A stretch of 64,000 nucleotides of DNA from contig CM052832.1 in NCBI GenBank assembly GCA_028534125.1, positions 17,734,001 to 17,798,000 of the forward strand, given 5' to 3'. The first letter of the stretch is position 1, and every line of letters begins with the position of its first letter. The DNA is from Lama glama (lineage: Eukaryota). Positions 50,236-60,758 of the stretch are shown in pieces. The translations under genes were made by a program, and so were the position numbers. Below the pieces are notes generated by a model. The model saw only the letters and a program-made list of their open reading frames with translations. It did no database searches and was not told where the DNA came from.

Positions 50236-51180
50236 TTAGCACACCTCTGCTGCTCGTTGCTGCCTCCCCAAAACCTTCTTCAGTGCTCCTTTCACCTTAT
50301 TCCTTAAGGTATAGATGAGTGGATTCAACATGGGAGTTACCAGGTTGTAGAAGAGGGTGAGAAACTTGCCTTGATCTTGGGAAGAGCTGTTTCCTGGCTG
50401 CATATATATATAGATGATGCTCCCATAGAACAAGGAGACCACAGTAAGGTGGGAGCTACAGGTATTGAAGGTCTTCCATCTCCCAGCAGCTGACTTGATC
50501 CTCAGCACTGCTGCTGCGATGTAGCCATAGGAGACAAGAGTAAGAGTGAGGGGCAGTAGGACAATGAGAATGGCAAAGGTAAAGGCCAGCATTTCCACTG
50601 CACGAGCATCCACACAAGCCATCTTGATCAGTGCTGGCATTTCACAGAGGAAATGGTTCACTCGTCGCCGGCCACATCTGGAGACAGTCATTGTTAGTGG
50701 GGACATGACAATGGCATTGACTAGTCCACTTCCCCAGGCCACAGCCACCAGTCGTAAACACAGCTGGGGATGCATAATGACCATGTAGTGCAAGGGCTTG
50801 CAGACTGCAGCGTAGCGGTCATATGCCATGACAGCCAGAAGGATGCACTCGATTCCTCCAACAGAAAGGAAAGAGAAAAGCTGGACGACACAGCCTGCAT
50901 AGCTGATAGTCTTATCAGGGCCCCAGAGGTTAACCAGCATCTGTGGGATACAACTAGTACTGAAGCAGAGATCTAGAAAGGAAAGGTTTGCCAGAAAGAA
51001 GTACATTGGGGTATGAAGTTGAGGGTCTAATATACATACAAGGATTATGGTTGAATTTCCCAGCACAGCCACTGAATATAGAGTAAAATTTACTATGAAA
51101 AGTACCATCTCCAGTTTGGGACGATCAGAGAATCCCACTAAGATAAAACCATACTCTGAGCTGTCGTTGGATTTTTCCAT
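50236..51180 (-). CDS. Olfactory receptor 2W (OR2W4-like), intact 314 aa
   Basis: MEKSNDS start with N-glycosylation site, [42 protein letters not shown]; splice acceptor(s) ~20-28 nt upstream of the ATG. Confidence 0.92.
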   Translation of the reverse strand: MEKSNDSSEYGFILVGFSDRPKLEMVLFIVNFTLYSVAVLGNSTIILVCILDPQLHTPMYFFLANLSFLDLCFSTSCIPQMLVNLWGPDKTISYAGCVVQLFSFLSVGGIECILLAVMAYDRYAAVCKPLHYMVIMHPQLCLRLVAVAWGSGLVNAIVMSPLTMTVSRCGRRRVNHFLCEMPALIKMACVDARAVEMLAFTFAILIVLLPLTLTLVSYGYIAAAVLRIKSAAGRWKTFNTCSSHLTVVSLFYGSIIYIYMQPGNSSSQDQGKFLTLFYNLVTPMLNPLIYTLRNKVKGALKKVLGRQQRAAEVC

Positions 51181-52224
51181 TGCTTTCCTTTCACATCATC
51201 TGAACAGCTGGTAAGAATAAAATAAAGAAAATGTAATCTATGTTTTCTGAAAGCCATTGAATATCAGGATTTTAAAGACACATATAAGACATCAGGTCTA
51301 GCAACCCAACCAATATCGGAATAGCGTCTGCCCGGCCATATAAGCTGTACATCATTTGTTCCAACATGTAAGGCAGATTATTTCAGAGTTAGAAGATTCT
51401 GACTGATAATCATCATCTTTTTATTAAAGAAGAAGTGTTTCTCCTTATTCACAAGACAAATATTTTAACTTTGTTGAATATAACATCATATCTAATCTCT
51501 CTTCATATGACAGCCATTAAAGGCAGCTACCACATTTAAACTAAATTTTCTTTAGGACAAGACATTCAATTTTCTTTGATGATTCTTCGTATAACAAGGT
51601 AATCAGGCATATTATCACCCTAGTAGATGTCTTCCAAATACCCTCATGTTGACAATGACCTTCTGGAAATCTGACAACCAGGGCCGAGTTCAGTATCCAA
51701 GATATGATTTGAAAATCACAAGGTTCAGGGAAACTATTGCCTACCATGACCTGGACTATTATAATCTTATTAATGTGGTTTTAAGTATGCATTTACTTCA
51801 TAATGTCAATGACACTTTTTGAATTAAGTTATAATTGTATCTACTAGATACTCCTAGGTCTTATTCTCATGAAATTCTGTCAACTCAGATCTCTATCATT
51901 CATTTCTTTGAAAGAAATATAATTGTGCAGCCTAGATTGCCAGAGTCAGGGAGGATACTCTGTTCAGTAATAAAATGGCAACTTTGGATATAATTTGTTT
52001 TCGGTAGCCTTTTAGAAACATCAAAACAACATGATTAGCTTGCAGAGGAGAGGTGCATGGCAGTATGGATGAGTGGAGAGAAAAAGAAGGAGAATGTAGC
52101 AAATAAAGATTAACTTTATAAAGCAATTTAAAAAATTGACCCTACTATGGCTAAAAAGAATAAAAAGAGCTGGGTTCATAAAATCAGACTTATATTTGAA
52201 GTAAGGAATAGTAGGATAATAATG

Positions 52225-52713
52225 AAATTAAATATCATAATTATAATTGATAAGAAAATTTAAGTAAAATTTATATTTACTTTTTGAGTATAAAAAGTCA
52301 CCTTTTTCTTCTGGTTTCTTGTTAAAAATACCAATATTTCCTTCTTTATGATTATGAAGAAAAATAATTTTATTTTGTGTAATTAATAGTTACTAAAATT
52401 CCAGAATTGATTAGCTACCTGAAAAACAAAAACCTATATCTACCATAGTTTTTTCTACCATAATTTATAATAACATCAACTTGGGTCATTGCCATGCAAA
52501 CTATGCCCTATGTTAGGGAAGTATGTCAGCCTTCTTTAAAAATACTATCTGAAGAGCTTCTATAAAATCCGTATGCAGAGAAGAGTAAAATGAGGAATTT
52601 AATTATTCTGTGACATCAAACACATGCTTACCTAAGAGAACAAAAATTTTGAATTCTTTTAAATTTTTTTAGGCAGTTGATTTCTGAGGGACTTCACATG
52701 GGCATCTCTGTGA
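52225..52713 (-). repeat. Right arm of the ~500-bp inverted duplication; contains a candidate 5'UTR exon (52707-52632) of the OR2W4-like gene
   Basis: See left arm; the minus strand reads CTCCCTTTCACAG|AGATGCCC...CTCTTAG|GTAAGC. Confidence 0.9.
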
Positions 52714-55409
52714 AAGGGAGACAGACATGAAAACAGCAGAGCAGCAGGTGCAAAGGAAACGTACCTTAAGCCCTTAGTCATGTTGATTCTTTGACAACTT
52801 AAGCATAAATAAAAGGACTAAAATTATTAAATGGATCTTATAAAATATGTAGACTGCTGTGTGATTTAGAGAATCAAAGACTGCTTCAATTAATAATATA
52901 TATTCAATTAGTAAGCTGGGAAAAAATAAAGGCAGAGTAGGACATAAATTGTCACAAATATTTTGATTTTCAAATAAAAAACTTGTTTTTTGGTGAAAGT
53001 GTCTCAACTTCTCAGTTCTTATAGTAAATTTATTTTCCAAAGCCAAATACAGTATACCAAAAGAAAAGAAAATATTCTTAATTCTCTCAAATCATTTAGG
53101 CTTACCTGGTTTCAACATTCCCAAGTGAAAACATTAATAAGGAGAACCCACACTGATGTTTTTCCCTTTGGTTGGCATTTGTTACTTGGGATTTTACAGA
53201 AGATTGTGCAGTTATTATAGGTAAAGTAACAATAGGATGATATGAGTCTAATGCACCAGATACTATATAAAAGTGGTTACAGAGATCTTAAGTTAAGAAA
53301 GGAGATGACAATCAAGCCCCAAACCGTCTTTCATGTGTTAGAGTCTTGTTTGTTCCTGAAGATAAAAGAGTTGTAAATGCCATGTGAATCCCTTTTTCTT
53401 ATAATTTGACTAGAGTGATGGAGTAATGGTGTGTCACTACCTCAGAGAAAACACAAAATGGAATAATTGCCATAGGTTAGTTAAATTATGGAAAAAAGAG
53501 GCAATTGAAATAGAAAATAGCATTAGCATTCCTCCCCTGTCTACCTGCCATTTTGGCCGAATACCCAGCCTTCAGGAGGCTTCAGGAGCTCTCAGCTAAA
53601 GCCTTCAGAAGATAACCAGTGCAGATTAGGAAGCTCTTATAGACCCAGATGGACTGAAAAACGAAGGACTAACTTCTTAGCATCAAAAATGGTGCCTCCA
53701 AGTTGACATAACATGTTTTCTTGTTGAGATCATAGGGACTGCATACTCCTTTGGGTAATTGGCTGGGCTGCAGAAGGGAATAGAGGAGTATACTCTTAGG
53801 GGAAATCTTGGAATAACATCAGATGATTGGGAATCAAATTTCTTTTCTTGGTTTCTGTCTGGGGCCACAGTTATCCATATCCTAAAACTCCGAACTTTTA
53901 TTTCTATGAGAAAATATTCTTGGTGTCTGATGGGGCAACACCAAAGTTTGGCAGCGTAGAGCAGATATGAACAGCTTTTGAACACCCTTTTATCCTTGAA
54001 TTGAAATGAGATTTAGTCTGTCTTCTGAGGGAAGAATCTTAAAGTCTAATTTCCTTCTATTTTAATATAATTTTTCAAAATGATAATGCAAAAGTATATT
54101 ACATTTCTCTTTGTCACCTGATTTGTAATTTTTATTTTCACTTATATTGGTAAGGTTACTGGAATGTAGTAAATATAAAATAGATAGACTGCATTGGATT
54201 CATTCGTGGCCTTTAAATTATATTCAAACAAAAAGTGGAAACCACACTGATTACCTTTTGGAGAAGGTAAATTTGCCCCCCAAAAACCTCCAAAATGATA
54301 ACATGATCTCTGCAACCAGTGAAATTAAGGTCTAGAGAGATTCCTCTAAGACGGGCACAGAACCCAAGAATAAGCATTAATCGTACTCACTGATGTGACA
54401 CATTAAAGCTTACATTTTTCCCCAAACTAATGTTATTTGAAACTAATGACTGACCCTTAAAAAACTCATCTCAGAAGCAAAACTTGGATGTTATCTGGGT
54501 TTAAAATTGTATCATTTTATAGTTATAGAAATAAGACTAAAGTAAAAAACAATACAGGAGTCAAGTTTTATGGCCAATGAACAAATTGCACTGGTTCAAT
54601 AAGTTCTTAGAAAAAGCCTACTAATAGTTTGTAAAACAGAGAAAAATATTTACAACACATACATGGAACAAAGAGCAAATATTTTTAGTGATCAAAGGGC
54701 CTTTTCCAACAAATAAATTTTTAAAAATAAGTAAGGATTACACTTGTCTGGGTAAGACAAATGGGCAAAGAACAATGAGATAAAATTTAATAAAATAGCA
54801 ACACAGATGGTCCCCAAACTTATAAAAATTTTTAGTCTCACTTGTAATTAAATAAATACAAATCAAAACAATGAGATATTTTTCTCCTACTATATTGCAA
54901 ATAATTTTCAGTTTCATAATATTTGAAATCAGAGGGTATAAGAAAATAGTTTTTTTTTAACTAAATAGCTTGATTTTCTTCATGCCATTTTCAAAGTAAT
55001 GGTGTGAGTAAGCTTGGAAGAAGATTAGATGTAATAGTACATTGTTTTCCACCTTTAAATATTTTGCAATTGTTTTGTGTTTATATGAACATCAAATTAA
55101 TGAATCCAAACAACTAAGAAGAAAATTCAGGGTTTTGAGTCATTTGTTTTTTCCTGTCTTCTAAGTGAAAGGAAAATATAACCTGCCTGTTATTTCACTG
55201 AACTAGTGACTTACTTATCCTGACAATTATGTTCGAAAGGAGATGAGAAAGGAAGGATGGAATTATAGATCGTAAAAGCTGAAAAATGAGAAATGTTTGG
55301 ATCTGTTGATAAAAGTAGTTTTTCTTAGGCCATTTCTGCTTTCTCGAATACTGAAATATGGCTAACTTTATACATGTGTTTCGCTCTGGATGACTGTGGA
55401 AAATCTTAA

Positions 55410-56060
55410 GGGATTCTGCATAATGAGGTCATCAGTAACACTTAAAACTAGAGTAAGAGAAAGAGTGATTTTTCAACTTCTGCTGCTCTTTAATACAAGT
55501 TGGAAGGAAAAACAAGACCCTAGAGATCTCATTATAATGGCTATTAGAGTTGAACTATTGATAACCACGATCTTGTTTTCTCCGTGTCCACAGGGATCCA
55601 GCTCTTGGAAGAGCAGAACTGATTAACATGTTCTCCCCATGCTGCATGCAGCCATTAAAAAGTTTCAAGCCAATTTCATTATATCTCACAAAATGGAGCA
55701 ATCTCTAGGGTTATCTGTCTTAGAGGAGAAACAGTCAATTAAGGACTGATTGCAGTGGAGAGCTAGCGTGACTCAGCTCCTGTCATTATGTTCTCTTGGC
55801 TTTACAGTTGCCTCTGAGAGCTACTCAGCAGCCCTGAGGCTTTACGCGTTAATGGCATGCGCACCATCAAATCTCAACTTTCCTGACATAACTAGAATAA
55901 TCATTCCCTCACTTATGGATGGCATTTTGTTGAGCAGGGATTCAGTGGGAGTATCTAGGAGAGCTATTCTCTATCAGTGACTTTTTTGTTGTTCTCTACT
56001 CAATCTTCAGCAGCAATTTCCAAAAAACTCCTAATGCCAATTACTCTGGGAATTCAATAA
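55410..56060. promoter_or_regulatory. Candidate olfactory-receptor promoter/enhancer (homeodomain + O/E motif cluster)
   Basis: Minus-strand AACTTTTTAATGG (55664-55652) and TAATGAGATCTCTAGGG (55534-55518); further TAATGR sites and TCTCTAGGG, CCTCTGAGAG, CCCTGAGG O/E-like sites in apparently repeat-free sequence. Confidence 0.55.
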
Positions 56061-57842
56061 ACTTTATTCATCAAACATATTTGCAGGCATTGTGAAAGAC
56101 AGTTGGTACATCAATAAGTGTTATGTATCTGTCCTTAGCATTTCATAAGAAAAGTAAGGAAGATTAGAAAGAGGTAGTTAACAACATTGTGCCAAAAATT
56201 ACCACCTTATTCAAGACAGAGAAGAAGATAAACATTGAGTTCTTGATTCTATTGTATTTGTTAATTGCTCATTAGTTTTCCACTCTACTATATATTCACT
56301 TCCCATTAAGCATTGCGTTCACTGCTGTATCCCCAGTGCCTAGCAAAGTGTTAGCATATAGTTCTTTCTCAATTAATAATTGTCAGTTTTATCAGTTCAT
56401 CTATAAGGTGATAGTAAATGTATCATGTTGAAGACTTGCTGTCTTTTACAATGAACATTTTGAAAAAAAGGCATAGGAAATTTTTGATGGAGTACTCTAA
56501 GGGCAAATGATTAGCAGTATTGACTTTTCTATAGGTGATAAAATGGTAACTATAACATTTCTTCTTCATGCATCTCCACTTACCATAAATAAATATTTTA
56601 GTTTATTGACAATTATGTAGATGTAGTTCCATAATAAATAAAAATAATACAAATAAATGGAAACAGGCAATATATAGTAAATTTGAAGATTTACATATAA
56701 CTGTGCCCCAGAAATTCCACACCTATAGAAAAATTCTAGCTCATATACCCAAGAGGCAGGTATAGCAATGTTAATAACAGCTTTATTTGTGGTAGTAGAA
56801 AATTGGAAATCACCTAGATGAGTATCATTTGGAGACCTGCTTAATACACTGTGGTCCATTCATACTAAGGAGTATACCACAGGATAAAAAATGAATCAAA
56901 ATGGATGAATCTCACATGGCATTAAATGAAAGTGAAGAAAGTTTTGCATTGGTTGGAATGATCATGTAGGGAGTTATAAGCCATATTAACAGATTAAACT
57001 TTACAATAATTGCAGTGGAGGGTTTGGGGCAGGAGTAAGTCACTGCTATGTTCTCTTAAGGAGATTAAAATGTAATGAAACTATTGTGCAAGAAACGTGT
57101 ATGAAACAGGAAATCATTGGAACTCACTATATGATGTACTATTTTAAAATCTAGGCTGTAAGTGTTTTAGGGGTTAAGAAAATAGGGAAAATATTGATAA
57201 TTGGGAGAATTATGAAAAAAATGTCAAGGAAGTGAAAAATTAGTGAGGCCTAATAAATGCCTAGGATTTGATCTATAAAGGAAGTAAAGAGGGATGTTTC
57301 CAATGAAGAGGAAAACCTGAGTATAGAGAATGGAAAATCCAAGCACAATTCTAGAAGAAAAATCACTGTGGTTTTTATTATTATGCTGACATGGAAGTGA
57401 TATTGAAAATTTTAAACATGAGTTGATAACCTCATTTAAAGTTGTTTTTTTTAGGGTTTTGGTAAACCTCCTCTAATTGTGTGAAAAAAATGTGTGTTTC
57501 TGAGTGCGTGTGTACGTATGATATTACCAGAGAAATGATTTCTGGCCTTTACCATATTCTTAGAAGGGTCTAAGCTACACCAAATTATACAAACATTGAT
57601 GTAAAGTTTGAAGATGTTCAGATTACACAGTTTCTGGTGAACTGGGAGGCTAGTTCTGAGTATCTGTTCAATAAATATGTTTAGGCAAAAGAAGACTAAT
57701 GTAGCTTTCTGTCAATGAAGTTTTATTTGAGGGAGATAAACACAAAAGTTCTCTGTAGGAATGATGAAAATAGGGCAACTTGAAGTTAGTAAGCAACATA
57801 AACATTAATCGTTTACAGAGCTTATCACTTGCATATTCATTG

Positions 57843-58235
57843 TGTTAAATAACAAAAATTCAACTGAGTACATTTTAAACATCTAATTAGCTTTATTGAA
57901 CAATTCATGAATTAAGCAACATCCCATCTAGCAAACAAAAAAGAGCTCTGCATAGCTGTAGAAAGGAAAGGTTTTTAAAGGCAGAAAGGTGGGGCAAAAA
58001 GGGAAATTATTAGCAAAAAATGCATTGTTTCAGGCAAGATTGCCCTCCCAAGGGGAAGGGAAGGACCTGTTAGGCAGGTGACCTCACTTACTGCTGACCA
58101 GGAAATTCCAGGTTGTCTAAGCAAACATTCCTGGGGGGTTAAGACTGCAATTGCATTAGGTATCAAGTCCTGGTTTGGTTTCATGGGCTTAGTACAAGTG
58201 ACTCCATTTGGGGCCTGTTTTTTTTCTTTTTAACA
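57843..58235 (-). mobile_element. Solo ERV LTR (393 bp) abutting the OR2B6 stop codon
   Basis: Terminal inverted TGTTAAA...TTTAACA; minus-strand AATAAA at 57897-57892. A TSD is not evident. Confidence 0.7.
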
Positions 58236-58236
58236 C

Positions 58237-59193
58237 TTATTTCTTGATTGAGAAAACTCTTGCAACTAACCTTTTAAATGCCTCCTTTACCTCTTTGTTT
58301 CTAAGTGTATATATCAGGGGGTTCAGCATGGGTGCGATGATTCCATAGAAGAGGGAAACCATTTTTCCCTGGTCCTTGGAGTTGGTTGAAGGTGGTTGCA
58401 GGTACGTGGAGATAGCTGTACCATAAAAAAGGGACACCACAATCAGATGAGAGCCACATGTTCCAAATGCTTTTTGTCTACCTTCAGCAGATTGGATTCT
58501 CAACACCGCTTGAGCAATAAAAGCATACGATATAAGAATAAATGTCAAGGGTACCAGATGGAATAACACACTTACAAGGAATAGTTCAGCCTCGTTTGCT
58601 GTTGTGTCAACACAGGACAACTTGAGCAGAGCAGGGACTTCACAGAGAAAGTGATCTAGTACATAAGGGCCACAGAGTGGCAGTTGGAGGGTCAGGGCAG
58701 ATAACCACACTGAGTTGCTGAAACCAGTAACCCAGGACGCAGCTGCCAACTGGAGGCAGAGCCTCTGGTGCATGATGACTGAGTAATGGAGAGGCCGGCA
58801 AATAGCTACAAACCTATCAAAGGACATGACAGCCAGCAGAACACATTCAGTGGCCCCCAAGGCCAGAAACATGAAAAGCTGGGCTACACAGCCAGCATAA
58901 CTAATTACCTTCCTGGTGCTGTATAAATTCACCAGCAGTTGTGGAACTGTGCTTGTGATGTAGCAAAGATCTAGGAGTGACAGATTAGTAAGAAAGAAAT
59001 ACATGGGTGTATGGAGTCTGGAGTCCAGATGTGACACTAGAATAATGGTCAGATTTCCGAAGATAGTCACAGTGTAAGAAATGAAGAAAACCACAAAGAG
59101 TAGAAACTCCAGCCATGGTTGATCTGAGAAGCCTAAGAGGATAAACTCCAGTGGGATACTGTCATTTATTTGATTCATGACCAGTGTTTCCAT
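58237..59193 (-). CDS. OR2B6: Olfactory receptor 2B6, intact 318 aa (313 aa from second ATG at 59178)
   Basis: [77 protein letters not shown] match recalled OR2B6; acceptor TGTTTCAG| gives exon start 59203. Confidence 0.93.
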   Translation of the reverse strand: METLVMNQINDSIPLEFILLGFSDQPWLEFLLFVVFFISYTVTIFGNLTIILVSHLDSRLHTPMYFFLTNLSLLDLCYITSTVPQLLVNLYSTRKVISYAGCVAQLFMFLALGATECVLLAVMSFDRFVAICRPLHYSVIMHQRLCLQLAAASWVTGFSNSVWLSALTLQLPLCGPYVLDHFLCEVPALLKLSCVDTTANEAELFLVSVLFHLVPLTFILISYAFIAQAVLRIQSAEGRQKAFGTCGSHLIVVSLFYGTAISTYLQPPSTNSKDQGKMVSLFYGIIAPMLNPLIYTLRNKEVKEAFKRLVARVFSIKK

Positions 59194-60295
59194 TCTTGGT
59201 TTCCTGAAACATAAAAATTCAGGAAGTCAATGAACATATTTATTGACTGTTTCAATTATTTATAATCACTTTCTCTTCTGTTTGAAGACATTTACAGAAC
59301 TGATATTGTTGTAACATGAAAAATACTTAATTATCTAAGTATTTCTAAAATTCAGTCTTTCTATATCTGTATCAGCACTTCAAAAATGAAAACCAAAAAT
59401 TTAAGGTAAATACCTGGTTTAAACAGCTTTAATAAAATTGGTTCTTTGATTTTTTTTCTTTTGTCATCTGGCTAATCTTTGCACTACTTTCCACCTAGAT
59501 AGCTATTATTAGGAAGTTTTGGTTACAATTCCTGGTACATTACTTTTTCATTCTAATTTCTCCTCAATGCCAAGGAGATTACTCTAGCATCTGAAACAAT
59601 TAAAAGTATTTAGACCACTCCCAAAACTATGTAGATAGGTTTGAGCAAGCTGTCAGACAGATTTCAAACGAACATGTCTTTTGCCTTTTAGGATCTCATA
59701 GAATGAAAATAAAAAGATACTAATATGAAACAAAAATGATTTTTAAAATGAGCATGTAAATGAATAAAAAGTATTCTGACACTGAGGGAAAAAAGGATAC
59801 TAATAACTTGGAATTCAGAACCAGACAAGCCTGGGTTCAAGTTTCTACTATGTAAATCAAGAGTACTGGCACGATTTCTTATATTCTAGGAACTCCAGGT
59901 TCCCCATCTATAAAATGAATATAATATTGCCTTTCTGGTGTGGTGACATTAACATAAATGAAAGGAACTATAATGAACCAATGTCTCTGAGATGTTCAGA
60001 GAGGAAAATTGCTTATAATTCTTAGAACTCTTAATTGCCCTAGGGTCAACAATGGAAAATGACTCTTTGAGTTGAAAACTTACCTTCCCATTTCCACCAC
60101 AACTCCAAAACCATCAACCTCAACAATAGAGGTAGTAGTGACTACCTGATGTAAATTATAAATGTGATCTTTAATGTAATTGCCTGGCATAGTGCCACAC
60201 AGCAATGTGAATGAACATATCATAGTGATGCAAGAACTCTGAGCTTTTTAAAGCAGAGGCTGTTCAGAGTCCTTAGTTTGCTGGAGGTACTAATA

Positions 60296-60758
60296 CAGTT
60301 GTTCTTCCATGTCCACAGAGGATTGGTTCCAGGAGCCCTGTAGATGCCAAATTCTGAGGATGCTGAGTCCCTTATATAAAATGGCAAAGTATTTACGTAC
60401 AACCTACACACATTCTCTCATATACTTTATGATTACCTGTAAGACCTAATACATTATGGTAGCTCACAGAGAAAAAAATGTGACAATGAATATATATATA
60501 TGTTCATGTATAAATGAAAAATTGTGCTTTACACTGGAATTTGACACAACATTGTAAAATGATTATAAATCAATAAAAACTGTTAAAAAAAAGACCTAAT
60601 ACAATGTAAATGCTATATAAGCAGTTGTAAATACAATGCAAATGCCATGTAAATAGTTGCAGGGCAAAATTGATTTGCTTTTTGGAGCTTTCTGGAATTT
60701 AAAAAAAAAGTACTTTCCATCTATGGATGCAGAACACACAGACAGGAAGGGCCAACTG
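60296..60758 (+). mobile_element. MER2-like TcMar-Tigger DNA transposon, interrupted by an L1 3' end
   Basis: TA|CAGTTG...CAACTG|TA termini; internal GGATTGGTTCCAGGA...GGATGCTGAGTCCCTTATATAAAATGGC. Confidence 0.8.
60454..60590 (+). mobile_element. Short young L1 3' end nested in MER2
   Basis: TACACTGGAATTTGACACAACATTGTAAAATGATTATAAATCAATAAAA; 13-bp TSD AAGACCTAATACA at 60441-60453 and 60591-60603. Confidence 0.85.
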
